Below, piece by piece: positions 39,701 to 56,583 of a DNA stretch of 64,000 nt; the first letter of the stretch is position 1, and every line of letters begins with the position of its first letter. Position numbers and translations under genes: made by a program. The notes under the pieces are model-generated. The model had not been told where the DNA came from, did not search any database, and was given only the letters and a program-made list of their open reading frames with translations. This stretch comes from Eledone cirrhosa (lineage: Eukaryota): NCBI GenBank assembly GCA_964016885.1, contig OZ024740.1, positions 362,018,001 to 362,082,000 of the forward strand. The letters run 5' to 3'.

Positions 39701-41604
39701 CACTTTATTTCACATTGCTTTTTATGATAGGACTGGGTCCCTTATCATTAAAACACCCAAAAAGCCTCTGATGAGGTGCAACCTTATAGAAAGCCAGCTA
39801 AGCCCCCATGTGTGTGAGTTGTAAACTTCATTTTTCAATTTCAGATAACAAGGGTTATCTGTGGGAAAATGAAGGGGTTCCTTCGTAATGAAATATTTGG
39901 GAACCACTCATTTACTCCCATAAACCACATAGTTACACATTATGAAACCAACAACAAAAATACATTTAGTTAATATAGCTGCAAGTTTGGTAGATTTCAT
40001 AAATTGGCAACTTTATAAATGCTATCTAATATGATGTTGCTGAATGTTTAGTAAGTTGTCCAAAGATTCTGTTTTCATTTTCTCTTTTCAATGTAACTCT
40101 TAACGCTTTAGCATTTAAACCAGCCGTATCCAGCCAGAATTCTCTCACCTCTTTCTGTTCAAACACGCTGTAATTAGCCCCTCATATTGATGTTAAAGTA
40201 TTGTTCTTAAAATAAAAATATCAAAATCTCATAGATTTGATATTATGTGAGGTAAAGCCTTTACCAAAAAAATACAATAGTATATATATAGAGTAATGTA
40301 AATTCTAAATGGTTAAATTAATCTTCTGATTATACTCTTAACAATACTAGCTGACCCCATGGAAATTCCATGGTTTAATTAGAAACAACAATCGAATATT
40401 GAACATCAGTATGACATTTTATTTGTTTTATTTTTATGTTATATATATATATATATACACACACACAAAAATAATATATCATCTAGGATTTAATAAAAAG
40501 GAATTGTCAGCATTGCTGCTATCACAATCCATCACATCCCTTTCTCATGCATACATGAACATATATGCTTACACCCACTTTCCAATGTGACTGACATTTT
40601 ACATGACATATACAACAGCTTTAACATAATAAATGTAAGATAAGAAATATAATAAACTCTATTATTATTACCTTTATTAATTGTAAATTTATATGATTAG
40701 TTATCTAAATTTTAAGATAGAAGATAGGTGCGTCTCTGGAAGATATCAATAATTTTCAGAAAGTATCCATATTTAATCTAAATTTTCAGAATCATCTACT
40801 AGTAAAGTTTAGTCTTTACAATTTGTTTCTGAATATGAAAAAATTAATAAGGTTCAAATTTCAAATAGGAATTATATTTTTATTTTACTTTGGTTTTTTT
40901 TTCTTTTGCTATAGGCAATTCTCCCCACCTCCATAAAATAGTCTTCATAATCATTTACTAGGACAATAATGATGGCCTTTGACTTACTGGTTAGAGTATT
41001 CAGTCCACAATCATAAAACTGAATTTTTACAACATGTGTCTTTGAGCAAGGCACTTTATTTCATGTTGCACCAGCACATTCAATTGGCAAAATGAGGTTG
41101 TGCCTGTCCTACACTGTGTCATACTGAATGCCCTTCAGAACTGCATTAAGGATGCATGTGTTTGTGAAATGTTCAGGCACTTATACATTAATTTCATAAT
41201 CGAGGTTCAACACACATCAGGATAATTTGCTATTGAGACTTCTATTGTCCTTGGTCTTCGGACTGCCACTTTCATCTGCAAAATTGGGAGGAGTACATCT
41301 TACTTGGTAGTATGGTTGATGCAGTGAATATCGCTAGCTGTTCTCTGTGGCAATGCTTTCACCATATTTTCTGTAGAATGCAGCTAAGATATATATATAT
41401 ATATACCACCCAACTAAGAGTGTAGAGTTTGTCTGTGTGTATATATATATATAAGCTAAAATCAGTTCTGTATGAGCAAGACACGTTCATCCAACCTGGC
41501 TTGTCTCACAATGGGACAGCTTCTCTAACCCATGCTAGTGTGTAAAATAGATGTTAAATGGTGATGCTGATGATGATACACACACACAAACACACACATA
41601 TATA

Positions 41605-42499
41605 CGAGGTGTGTCAGAAAAGTTCCAGGACTGATGTCACAAAAGATTTATTTCAAAACCAAACTTCACACTAAGAGTTTTCTCCTTCAAAGTAATCCCC
41701 CTGGAGTCTAATGCACTTTTACATCCTTTTCTGCCATGCATGCATGCACTCCTGAAAGGATTCTTCCGGGATCCTCCGCAGTTCCGTCATCACAGCCTTT
41801 TTGATGTTGTCCACGTCTTCAAACAGGTCCCCTCCAGGTCGTACTCAAAGATCCATGACTCATTACCGTTGATGACTGTCCCTAGCAAGTCTGGTTCAGT
41901 TTCAAAATGCTCTAGGATGTCCTGGCACACTTGTATGCGTCGACCCTTCTGGTCATCATTCAGCAGTGTTGGCACCATCTTCGCGCAGACTTTCCGCATG
42001 TCCAAATCTTCAGTGAGAATCTTCCAGACGCTGTCCCGATTCATGCCCAATTCATTTGCCGGCAGTCAAACAGTCAGCCGATGATTGCTATGCACCATCT
42101 GCCTGACGCGCTCAACATTGACCTCAGTCCTGGTTGTTGAGGGCTTTCCGCTCCTGGGGTCATCTTCCACGTCCTCGCGTCCTTCTTTAAACCTCTTGCA
42201 CCACTCAAAAACACATGAGCGTGACATCGTCTCATCTCCATACACTTGCTGTAGCAATCCCAGTGCTTCTGACGGAGTTTTCAAGTTTGTTCGTTGCTCT
42301 GTGCTCATTGCTTGACGACCTGAAACAGAGGACATGTATATAAAATTATGAAGAAAAAAGTTTGATTGCTGCAGAGAGCTAAGATTACAGTTACATACTC
42401 CAGGGGGATTACTTTGAAGGAGAAAACTCTTAGTGTTAAGTTTGGGTTTGAAATAAATCTTTTGTGACATCAGTCCTGGAACTTTGCTGACACACCTCG
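41605..42499 (-). mobile_element. Internally deleted mariner (Tc1/mariner) transposon with TA target duplication and ~103-bp TIRs
   Basis: ta-cgaggtgtgtcag ... ctgacacacctcg-ta; TIRs 41605-41707 and 42397-42499. Confidence 0.92.
41790..42308 (-). pseudogene. Mariner transposase pseudogene (HTH plus first catalytic motif; frameshifted and deleted)
   Basis: MSTEQR..LQQVYGDETMSRSCVFEWCKRFKEGREDVEDDPRSGKPST; RKVCAKMVP..L; INGNESWIFEYD (TGDETW-like, D to N). Confidence 0.88.
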
Positions 42500-43572
42500 T
42501 ACATATATACATAGACACGGACATATATATAAATATACACTCATAGACATATATATATATATACACAAACACACACACACATATATATATAGCCACCAGC
42601 CAGCCAAGAGTTCACAGTTTGTATCCTCCCTTCACATTTAAACGAATTCTTTCTTGTTTAATATATATTTTTTAAAGTACTTTCATTATTGTATATATGT
42701 TTAAATAAAGTTACATATCTTTAAAAAAAAAAAAAAATATTCTTCAAATAAAATAACATTCTGTTATCTAATCTATAGACTGTCATCACAGTTAAAGTAT
42801 TTTCTTTTGATGTAGAGATAAGAATGATAATAGGCATTGAAACACTGTTTATGTTAGTAGATATCATTCTCTTAATGCTACATGATGAATGCCATATATT
42901 TTGGTAGGAAAACATTATCAGCTTTGCAAGTGTTGATATCTACTTAATGCCACATTCAATGCATACTTCATAATGCTATATGCCAGTAGACACATGATAA
43001 TAAAAGTAATTGCTTTCATATAGAAAAAAAACTGCTTAACTATAACATCATCACCATCATCATCACTGTTTTATGCCTGTTTACCGCACAGTTCTGAGAC
43101 TAGACAGGTCAGATGACAACATATTGCTCATGTTTAATTTTGGCAAGCTTTCTATACCTGGCTGCTCTTCTTAATGTCAATCACCTTCATATTAAAAATC
43201 AAAGTCATTACTGATACTGTAAATTTTCACAACAATCTGTTCACTGGTAAAGATAGCATAAACAATTGAATTAACAAACCCATTTTTATATACATTCTGT
43301 TAATAGTCATATGATGTTAAGAGTTCATTTATCTGACTAAAAATTACTTTAAATATCAATTTAAAAAAAGAACATTTGATATTGTTTCTTATTTACATTC
43401 TTTGAAATGAAAAATAGATTTTGTATTTATAATAATTGATTAGTACTACTATTAATTGAAACATATGGGAATTGTTTTCATTTGGGAAGTAAGGATAGGA
43501 CTTTCAGTATATCTTGTTAATAATTAGTTAGATTGCAATCCATATTAAATAATGGAAACTTTTTATTTATAG

Positions 43573-43666
43573 GATGAATCAAGAAGAGCTTCTAAAGCTC
43601 AAAAGGGAAGCAGACCACCAGGCCCAATATTTGTTAAACCTGCAGAAAATAAAGTTGTTGTTGAGG
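43573..43666 (+). CDS. unc-22: Twitchin-like exon with RRAS PKA motif and start of Ig domain D
   Basis: ttatag|GAT...G|gtaagc; phase 0 to 1; DESRRASKAQKGSRPPGPIFVKPAENKVVVE (a different frame from the supplied ORF). Confidence 0.87.
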
Positions 43667-44847
43667 GTAAGCAAAATAATCAACACCTTCTCACTGAATT
43701 TATTTTCAGTAACAATGTTACTCAATAATAAAAACATTTATGTGAACAATTTGTTGAATTCTCTCAGAAAAAAAAGCTTTTTTATAAGTATATTAACCCA
43801 CGACTGGGCTCCTAGATTTTTAGATATTTTAGGAACTCTCTGGCACATCAATCTTTCAACCTACGACAGGCACACAAATGGAAGGGTCCTTTATTCCCAG
43901 GAAAGCCTCTAGTCTCTGTGGAGTGCTTAATCCCTGCAGGGTTCTTAGTCCCTGTGGGAGTTACTAGCCCCTGCAGGCCCCTTAGTCTATGATTTTGAAT
44001 AATTTTGAAATAAAAAATGTTGCAGGGATATAATAACATGGATTTCTCAATATTAAGTTGGTGTTTGGAATATAACAAATGTTCTTATATAAAAGCTTTA
44101 TGAAATGCTTTAGAGAACTATAAACAGCTTAGTTTCATAAAACAGTTTCAGACTGTTTAGTGTCAAAAAGGTCAATTGGTTACTCTTGTCTTAAATTTAG
44201 CCAAGTTAACCCTTTGACAATGTAATGCCATTCAAATTATTTTGTATTCCTATAGAAAATAATTGTTTTCCAGACATGCTACCTATATGAGACAGTAATA
44301 TATTTCTTGATGCAAACATTTATTTGTGAAACTTAAATAAAAGGATTAAGAAATAATCTCTTGAGATTTAACACAATATACTGCATGTAATTTTTTTAGA
44401 ATAGGTATACTGTATCTCTACATGTTGAGATAAATAAAAGGGTTAGCACAAGGAAGGACATCTGGCCATATGATAAGGCTAATCCTTTCTTTAGCAGGTA
44501 AAATGGTCTTAAAACCATATTCATTCAATTCAAGAACCTTTTTGTTACTATATGTCTAATGAAAGACACTGCATATGATTTTCAAATCATTTTGAAGAGA
44601 ATAAAGATGTAGGAAGAATTATGTAATATAAGTTTCTCGTTATTAAGTTGTTGTTTGGAACATAACTTAACAAACGTTCTTACCTAAAATTATGGGAGAT
44701 GGATTTTAGATAAATATAAACATTTTAAAACAAATAGTTTTGTATTATAGAACAAGGGACAGTTTCTGTCAGTTTGATATTATAATGGTGTTTTATTTTG
44801 GTGTTTTTATCTGTTGACTTTTGGTGATTTATCTTCTTTTACCTTAG

Positions 44848-45093
44848 GTCAAACATTGAAATGTACATTCAAAATTGAGACAAATGATTGCCCAATGCCT
44901 AAAGTTAAAATCTACCGAGCTGGACGTGAAATTGTCAATGATACCCGTTGTGCCATCCGTGTCAATGATTTGCTAAAATGTGTCAGTCTTGAAATTAAAA
45001 AAACTAAAATTCAAGATGAAGCAAAATATTCTGTAGTACTGGAACATGATGGAAACACATCTGATTCAACATCTTTCAGTGTTTTCATTAAAG
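44848..45093 (+). CDS. unc-22: Twitchin-like exon, body of Ig domain D
   Basis: ccttag|GT...G|gtaagt; phase 1 to 1; GQTLKCTFKIETNDCPMPKVKIYRAGREI...QDEAKYSVVLEHDG...FSVFIK. Confidence 0.9.
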
Positions 45094-45310
45094 GTAAGTC
45101 AAATCAGTCATACTTAGGAAATATTATACAGTTCACGTATGTCTCTTTATATAATTTTATTATAATTTATATTTCATTATCCTCATCATAATAATCCTTG
45201 TCATCTTCATTCTAGAATTATAAAATACAATTGAGCATTATGATGTTTTGTATAACAATATCAAAGTTAAATGTGTTTCTCTCTAAAATATATAATCTTT
45301 TATTTTTCAG

Positions 45311-45356
45311 ATCCTAAAGATTCCAGTTTAGACTTTCGTTCATTACTTAAACACAG
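45311..45356 (+). CDS. unc-22: Twitchin-like exon with DFRxxL actin-binding motif
   Basis: tttttcag|AT...AG|gtaaac; phase 1 to 2; DPKDSSLDFRSLLKHR. Confidence 0.88.
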
Positions 45357-47081
45357 GTAAACATAAAGCTTTACTTCATTGGTCTACAAAGCTAATTCAA
45401 TGAAAAATTTAATGTATTTGAAATTAAATCTTATAAGTTTTTTTTTTAATTTCTGGATATTATCTTTCTTTCGATGTTTTATAAAATTTTCATTAGAGTT
45501 TGTATCTATTCAAAAACTTAAAAAATATTTTGATATACCATTCCAATCAGTTCTATGAGTGATACAATTTAGATATTCAAATGAATCATAAGAATAAATA
45601 TCTTAAAAATGGATATGTTTTAATAGTTAACCATTTAATAATAAAAAAAATGGAAGGATTTCCAGTTTTTCATTTTGTGGTAAGTACGATGAAATTATTT
45701 CCTAAATATTAGGATTTGATTACCTAAAAGGCACAATATTTCCATAAATCATGGTGTATAGTCGATTTATTAAGCCTGAAAGACTTTCTTCAAAACTTAG
45801 AATAGCTTTATATGGTGGGAGTATAATGTGAGTCTTTATTACCAAAGGGTAAACAATTTTCACAGTCAGCTGCATGGTGTTAGTGGCATCATTAGCTGTT
45901 TGTTTACATCACTGATGCAACTGGTAGAGGGTGACAGTATGTAAGATTGTACATCAATGTTTTATTATATACAGTATGTATATTTTAGTCTTAATTTAAG
46001 GTTAACCCGAGGGCATCCATGTATGAGAACAACCCCAGTATACTGTTCCTATGTTTTTGTGTCAACCAATGCAGTAGGTGTATCCTAACAGAGATTTTTA
46101 GCTAAGAATCTTCAGCCTAGATAATATACTACATGAAAACTTTACAATTGTTTCAGTCTTACTACATGAAATTAAAAGTTATTGCATATTATTAGTTAGT
46201 TATTTCATTTAGAGCACCATATTCACTATGTGTATAGAAACAATAATTTACAGTAAAAAGTCATATTTGGGAGGATATCATTATAGTTTTAAATAAAGAA
46301 TCAAAATGATAGCTAACTTTGTGGATTGACAAAAATATGTTTATGTTGACAAACAAAGGATATGCATATAAAGTTTGAGGCAAAAATATCTGAAGCACTC
46401 TACAGAAAGTGCATACACAACAAAAGAGTCTCACTGTCTGAGTGTGGTGAATGAGGAAAAAACTCCAATCAGCTGAGGCTGTCCTTGCAATTTCATTACT
46501 GAAACTTTCTTTAGAGGTGCTTGGTCATGGAAATAAGCAAGTGAGATAACTCATATACCCTTGGCTGATCTGACCATTTTAAGACAATGCAGTGGCAGTA
46601 GACCTTGTCTATAAGCCAGCTTTCTGAAAGCAACAGACATGGATATATATACATACATAGATACACATATACACACACACACACATATATATATATATAT
46701 GTATATATATATATGGAAAGGCATCCAGCTGTAGAGACCAAGCCAAAATCAGCCCCAGGTGAACAAAACAAGGTCCTCTGACCTGATTCTCTCCCAAAGG
46801 GTCAACCCATCATACCCATGATAGCGTGAAAAATGGATGCTAAATGATGATAATGATAATGATATATGTCTATTAAGGTAATTACAGTTACACATAAACA
46901 TATATTTACATACATGTATAGAAACATTTGAAGATTGTATAATATTATGGTAGAGAAAGCATGCTCTTATTATTTTTCATCCAACAGAGAAGAGTGATGT
47001 GAATAAATAGAAATATAGACATGATCTTATATTTACAATAAACAAGAAGAATAAGGATTGTTTACTTTTCTTTTCTAACAG

Positions 47082-47140
47082 AGATGACAAAAAATCAGCA
47101 GATGATGATGATGACTTGGATTGGGGCCAGTTGAAACCAG
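47082..47140 (+). CDS. unc-22: Twitchin-like linker exon
   Basis: ttctaacag|A...G|gtaaag; phase 2 to 1; DDKKSADDDDDLDWGQLKP. Confidence 0.87.
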
Positions 47141-50060
47141 GTAAAGATATACTTTATATGCTGAGTGACTCAAGTCATAAGAAATAGATTCTTTATGATT
47201 GCTATATTTATTATTGACTTTGGAATTCAGAAGTTTTAATACTTTTATGACTTCAGTTCAAATGAAATACATTCTATTGCAATTAAATGATTAAGAAGTT
47301 TGAGAGATTCAAGAAAATTGTCAATTATTTCATTACTAAAATAGTAATTTGTTATATAGCTCTTATATAAAATTATGCTGGAAGATTTTGATAAAAAATA
47401 AAAGGAGCCTTTTAAAATGGAGGATTTTGTTTCATAGAACTAGAGCTGGTTTGGGCCAGACTGTTATCAAAAGGGATAACATCAAAATTTAATTATAATT
47501 TAAAATGACTAAAAAAATATTAATAAATACTGAAAATAAAAATTAACCATTTTGGCCCCAGATATTCTTAAACATTTTTTAAATCTGTATATTAGATATA
47601 TTGATTTTATTTCTAAAATATTTTTAGAAATATAATTATTTACTTTTATATATGAAGATAAATAGATAGGTATCAAAAATATAGCCAAAACTCAAGTTGG
47701 AATTATGACTTTCATTAGATTGAAATTAACTCTTAATATTCTGTAGCATATACCAGATTAGCAAGAAATTCTTGAAAAGTACAAAACAACAATATGACTG
47801 CATCAGATTAAAAATATAGCCTTTAAAGTAATACTGCAAATTTATACATTAATCTGTCTATTACTAAAACTACTATACACATTTGAACTAATGAACCTAG
47901 TTTTAGATATTGTCTGCTAAATCACTACAGAATGTTAAGAGTTAATTTCTTAAAAGTCAGTAACAACTATAGAATGTATTTCAAAAAAGATTTCATGTTA
48001 AATTCTTACACCAAGCAATGAATTTATTATTTTCTTTATATATAAACCATCTCTTCACAGATGTTGCTATTTTGCTATTTCATATTGTGTCAGCACAGAT
48101 AACAACCTTGCCAAGACAAAAAAAAAAAAAAAAAATCTTTGCTATTTTCCTAATCACTATTTTGACGTTTCAAAACCTGTAAAAGTTTTGGTTGAAATTT
48201 TCGATCGAAAGCTATGATACAAAGGCGATTTAAATCATTTTAAAAAATTAGATATTTCCTAATTTACGAAATTTATTTTTCTTAACAGCTTTTGTTCTGA
48301 ATTATAACAATTCTAGCCATGGTATATTGACACTGTAAACTCCAAAAGGAACAAACATCACAAACAAATGTTTCATGCTGTAGTTACATTTTCATCAGAA
48401 ACTAATATTGCAAGATACCTATGTTTACAAAACTCCATAATGCGCATATGCTATTTTTCTATATTCCATTATTTTCTATGTCTATGTTGATCAATCTAGG
48501 CTACGATTTCATTCATTATAGCTATCTGATAATTATAAACATCGCTGTTAATATAATATTCAAAAACGAAAAAGAAATCTGCTTTATCTTATTATCGAGC
48601 CAATTGTGTAGAGTACATGTGAAATGTTCCATTTTATTTCTTTGTTTCAGAATCCGGTATGGCTTGCATATTATATTCCTTCTCTGGCGAAATATTTCCT
48701 CTCAATCTGGCAATCTATTCTTGACATTTCTAAACTATTTGTTGTTGTTTTGTCCCTTGCTTGTCAATGTTTTTGTTATACATATCTCTACCATCAAATC
48801 TCTCACCACTTCACTCTCTTTGTTAGTCTAGATGTTGCTACGCTTTATGTTTTTTTAGACCAAATGGGATAAAATCTTTGAAAAAAAGCTCAAATATTTT
48901 TAATTTTTACAATTAAAAATATAACAATGTGATAACACTTTCAATTTTTGAAGTTATATTAGAAATAATTATTTGATAAATAGTAATAAGATATAAAGAT
49001 TTCTATTGTCACACATTACTTCATTAATTATCAAGAAATTTTTATCACTCTCATTATCTTAACATAAACTATTACCTAATAGATAACTAATTGACAGAGA
49101 TTAATCACTAATCATGAGAGTAATCGAAAATTCAAACAGAAAAGTAAGATACTGTATGACAATAGAAATATTTGGAAAATAGAACATTAAGCTGAAGGCA
49201 TAAAGTCATGGGTTTGATTCCTGGACCAGATGACACATTGTGTACTTGAGCGAAATACTTCATTTCACCTTGCTCTTTCTGCAAGGTGTTGTGATTAGCA
49301 GAAATTATCAGCAACGGAAAGTTCTATGGAAACACTGATTCCTTGGTCGAAACTGACAGTTGGGTACTTTCCTTTTGAAATGAAAAAGACATATTCAGAA
49401 AACTTAAAACATTGAATGGGTATAAATTTAAAGCTTATTATCTTATTTGGTCTAAACTTTAATAGGTAATGATTTCCAGCAATGACAAATTGATTATCAT
49501 CATCCTCATTGGTTTAACATCAAGTTTTCCAGTTGGTGTAAATATTTTGCATCAAGCTCATTATACGTATTTTAAATGCATAAAATAGAAATTGTAATCC
49601 CACACATACATATATATATATGTGTATGTGTGTGTGTGGTTACCACTACATTGAATTAGTGTATGTTTATTCAAATTTTCTGTTGGATGGATGAGTGTAT
49701 ATATATATATATATATTATGTGTGTGTTTGTGTGTATATGGGTCCTTGCTGGAAAATTTCATTTTCTGTCCGCTTTGCTAATCTTCTGCGCGTTCCTTAT
49801 TTGTTTTGCGCTTACTTAACTTACTGATCGCAAGCTGCATAATATTAATTAATCTGTGCGAAAACAAAACAGCAAAGCAATCTGCCGCTCAATTGCAAAG
49901 TCTGAAAAAAAGGGGATAATCCAATTTTCCTAAAACAACTGCAAACTACAAGCATCATCTATCTGTGAAGTATAGCGCCCAGCGTGCTCAATGCGATTTA
50001 TTCATTTTTTATAAAGCTGATGAAATATAGAAATGTTCAACTAGTGTGCTCATTTTTCAG

Positions 50061-50135
50061 TTAAACGTGACAAAGGCGATGATGGAAACCTTAAGGCAAA
50101 TCAACAACTTAAAAAAGTTGACAAGGGTCAGCAAG
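50061..50135 (+). CDS. unc-22: Probable cassette linker exon (possible in-frame donor also at 50126)
   Basis: tttttcag|TT...G|gtataa; phase 1 to 1; VKRDKGDDGNLKANQQLKKVDKGQQ. Confidence 0.7.
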
Positions 50136-50868
50136 GTATAAAATTCAAATTGTTAGAAGTGACATTTCCATCCCATTTATTATTATCATAAAGTAGTTTA
50201 TCTGGTTCTGGATTTCCCTTTCTTTAGTTCCTATTCCCTTATTACCCAAACCTTCCTTGTTCCAATACAAATTGATAATATAATGAAATACTCAATGACT
50301 GCCACTCTAAAAGATGATATAGGACATGCTAACTAATTTCCAATTAGATTCTAACAACATTTTTAATTACATAGTAAGATATTGAAACCAACATTCTTAA
50401 AAATTGATACATATCATAAACAAGTACTTCAATAATTGAAATAATGTAGTCAAGATATTGGGATCAATGATTGTAAACATTATTAGATAATCAACATTTA
50501 GTATCAACTTGACTTTTACATCATTAAGCTATCTTACTAAGAAGGAATGATCATAAAAGTTTGAAATAGAGGAGAAAACCTTCAGTATCTTTTATGCATT
50601 TCTCAGTAGCATAATATGCATTTTAGGATATTAAAATTCTAAAATAAAATGGAAGACCCATTACAGGAATTTGTTATTAAAGCCTAATTAAAGATTACTT
50701 TGTCATATATTATAAAGTTGAATTGCTGTTGAACAGTCACATATGTTTGATTAGTGCTTTAACAAATCATAGGTTGAAACACAGTTATGATATTCATCAA
50801 TTTGATAATATTAATCAATGGAATATCACAAATATTATACGATTAAGAGACATTAAAACTATTAGATG

Positions 50869-50907
<39 letters not shown>

Positions 50908-52240
50908 GATAGATGATATTCACAGAAAAATGTGATAAATTATTTATTTAAATATGTTAATTAGTTAACAATAGTTATTTTAAGAACTATATAAGTGACT
51001 TCTATAGCAAATTAATATAGCTAAAACTATATGTTCTGCCAGGTACACCAACCACCAAAACGAGTTAATTGTCCTGAAATATGATAATAACCTTTCAAAT
51101 CTATAACTCTTTTTCTATTTATTTTTATTTGAACTTTAGATGAGAAATGCATTTAAATCCCTTTGAATACCTGCAATATAAAAACTTCTCTTTGGAAATA
51201 TGAAACATATATGAAAATATTTTTCTACTTTGAAACATAAAAAAAATCAAATTTGTGATCAAATATGTGTATATATATTAGAAAATATTAGGAAAAAATG
51301 AAATTAAAAATTCGTTTTTCCACTGTTGAATATTTATTTTATTAATTTTTTTAAATGATTTCTTTCGTGTAGATCTTATGTTAAATTCTCATAATTTTTA
51401 ATGACAAACAAAACTTATTGAATAGAACAATCATAGAAACTTAGGTTGCCTTTATTTTGTGGAACAAAATTATTGTGCTTTACCTTGGATAAGTAATGAC
51501 AATGCATGCATGTCAATCTAGGGTTACTGGATATACATAAGGAAAGGAGCCTATCATCAGTTCAGGCCAAGTAAACTATGTTTCAATTGGTCTTTTTATT
51601 GTTGAAACTATCTGCTGGTCACAACCAATAACAGATAGACAAAGAACATTTAAATTACTGCAAATATAAAAGGACAGTGATATCTTCCAGTACTGAATGT
51701 GTTTCTTATATTTCTTAGCCTCCTTCCTTTGCATGGCAGACAAAATAAGAGCAAAAAAAATCAAGTGGAATAAGTTATTTCACAGAAAACCTGACCTTTT
51801 GATATCTTAGAACAAATTGTAAGAGTGAGATAAGTTTTAAAATATTCTTACTCAAAATAGAAACATTTCAATTAAGAAGTCTTTGGAGCCTTTTAGGACC
51901 TCTGTAGGTTTTGTTACATCAAGTATATATACCAAAGCTCAGGCTGAGACAAATTCTTTCAATGGAAGACCAGCAATCACACATACATGCAGTTCTCCCC
52001 TCTCTATGCCCTTAATATTGTATAAAGGAAAAGTTAGGGATCTAACAGAGCTTGACGTTAGTGTCCTCACAGGTGAACCCAGATGCAAAGGCCAAAATGC
52101 GATTATGCAAAGAATCACATCTCTAAAAATTCCAATAACCAATCACTCTGGACTGGCACTTTATCGACTCTGAAAAAATGAAAGGCAAAATTGGCTTTGA
52201 TGAGATTGGAATTTGGAGTGCAGAGAAGAAAATGCCTTTA

Positions 52241-52505
52241 ATCTGTCTGATTCTGGACCTGCAGGTTCGACGGACATGTCTAATGATTTTGGAGCATATT
52301 CTTGTGAAAATATGAAACAACTTTTAATTATAAAGTAATGTAAATGAGAGAATATGCTCCGAAATCATTAGACGTGTCCGTCGAACCTGTGGGTCCAGAA
52401 TCAGACAGATCCACACAATGATCGCGTCTTGAGCTGTCTGCCGGGGAAACAATTGTAACACACAATAAATTGAGTTCAGATGCATCACTGATTTTTCGTT
52501 TTCTA
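52241..52505 (+). mobile_element. Penelope-like remnant: 62-bp inverted repeat overlapping a degenerate hammerhead
   Basis: Arms 52241-52302 and 52349-52410; gtgt CCGTCGA acc...cagacag..ctgtctg..ggg GAAA c-aatt-g TA acac at 52374-52461; followed by a TA array. Confidence 0.6.
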
Positions 52506-52507
52506 TT

Positions 52508-52585
52508 CTATATATGTATGTATATATATGTATATATGTATATGTATATATATATATGTATATATGTATGTATATATGTATATGT

Positions 52586-52616
<31 letters not shown>

Positions 52617-52710
52617 TATATATATGTATATATGTATGTGTATATATATATGTATATATGTATGTGTATATATATATGTATATATGTATGTATATATATA
52701 TATATATCAA

Positions 52711-52743
<33 letters not shown>

Positions 52744-52746
52744 CAA

Positions 52747-52810
<64 letters not shown>

Positions 52811-53153
52811 TATTATATATTAATATATGTATATATATATGTATGTATATATATATGTATATATATATGTATATATGCATATATGTATATATATATATAT
52901 ATGTATATACATATGTATATATGTATATATATATATGTATATATGTATATATATATATGTATATATGTATATACATATGTATATATGTATATATATATAT
53001 ATTAATATATGTATATATATATATATGTATGTGTATATATATATGTGTATATACATATGTATATATGTATATATATATGTATATATGTATATACATATGT
53101 ATATATGTATATATATATATATTAATATATGTATATATATATATATGTATGTG

Positions 53154-53210
<57 letters not shown>

Positions 53211-53297
53211 GTATATATATATATGTATATATATATATATGTATGTGTATATATATATATGTATATATATATATATGTATATATATATGTATATGTG

Positions 53298-53333
<36 letters not shown>

Positions 53334-53335
53334 TG

Positions 53336-53368
<33 letters not shown>

Positions 53369-53668
53369 GTATATGTATATATATATATGTATATATATAT
53401 GTATATGTATATGTATATATATATGTATATGTATATATATATGTATATATATATGTATATGTATATATATATATGTATATGTATATATATATATGTATAT
53501 GTATATATATATGTATATGTATATATATATGTATATGTATATATATATATGTATATATATATGTATATATATATATGTATATGTATATATATATGTATAT
53601 ATATATATATGTATATGTATATATATATATGTATATGTATATATATATATGTATATATATATATGTAT

Positions 53669-53700
<32 letters not shown>

Positions 53701-53738
53701 GTATATGTATATATATATATGTATATATATATATGTAT

Positions 53739-53794
<56 letters not shown>

Positions 53795-53818
53795 GTATAT
53801 ATATATGTATATATATAT
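52508..53818. repeat. Degenerate (TA)n/(TATG) microsatellite array, ~1.3 kb
   Basis: Direct reading; source of the spurious Y/I/M/C ORFs. Confidence 0.97.
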
Positions 53819-53993
53819 TCATTAGTTAAGCAAAACAAGACCACAAATTTCACAAGGAAGATATTATTAAAAGATTGTCAACATATTTAGTTTGATATAA
53901 GGAATGTAGAGAATAATAATAATAATGCCCTCTCCTCTACTATCTCAATCTCTCTCTTTAAGATTGGTTACTCTTGAACTGTGTATATATATA

Positions 53994-54067
<74 letters not shown>

Positions 54068-54072
<5 letters not shown>

Positions 54073-54301
54073 ACAAAAAAACACACAGTCCACGCTGTAA
54101 TGTGGCCGTGTAGGCAACACGGTAAAAACCTCCCAGACCCACACTGTAAATGTGGTTGGTGTTAGGAAGGGCATCCAACTGTAGAAAACCTGCCAGACAG
54201 TCCTATGCGAGCAAGACAATCACTCTTGCCTCAAGTGGGACTACCCCCGTCCAAACCCATGCAAGCGTGGAACACGGACGTTAAACGTTGATGATGATGA
54301 T
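54068..54301 (+). mobile_element. SINE-like element near-identical to 9418-9768 (single unit)
   Basis: cacagtccacgctgtaatgtggccgtgtagg...ccatgcaagcgtggaacacggacgttaaacg, then a (gat)n tail. Confidence 0.75.
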
Positions 54302-54307
54302 ATGTAT

Positions 54308-54347
<40 letters not shown>

Positions 54348-54519
54348 TGTTATATTTGGGGAGGGTCATATTTGCGTAATATTGCCAGAATTAATAACAG
54401 AACACACTCACTGTTTGGTTGGTTTTCGCTTCTCGCTGTCTTTTATATATATATATCTGCGATCTAACTTACTCGGTCCTCAATGTTGCTATTGACTGAC
54501 CGGCGGTCATTAGCTTGTG

Positions 54520-56583
<2,064 letters not shown>

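Noticed and set aside
39765-39795. ctgatgag...gaaa resembling a hammerhead core
   Set aside because: No stem I or III; related SINE-associated copies at ~24330-24430 and ~63200-63370 do not keep the motif.
43574-43912. Supplied ORF MNQEELLKLKREADH...
   Set aside because: Wrong frame; the spliced exon 43573-43666 reads DESRRASK... and joins Ig domain D.
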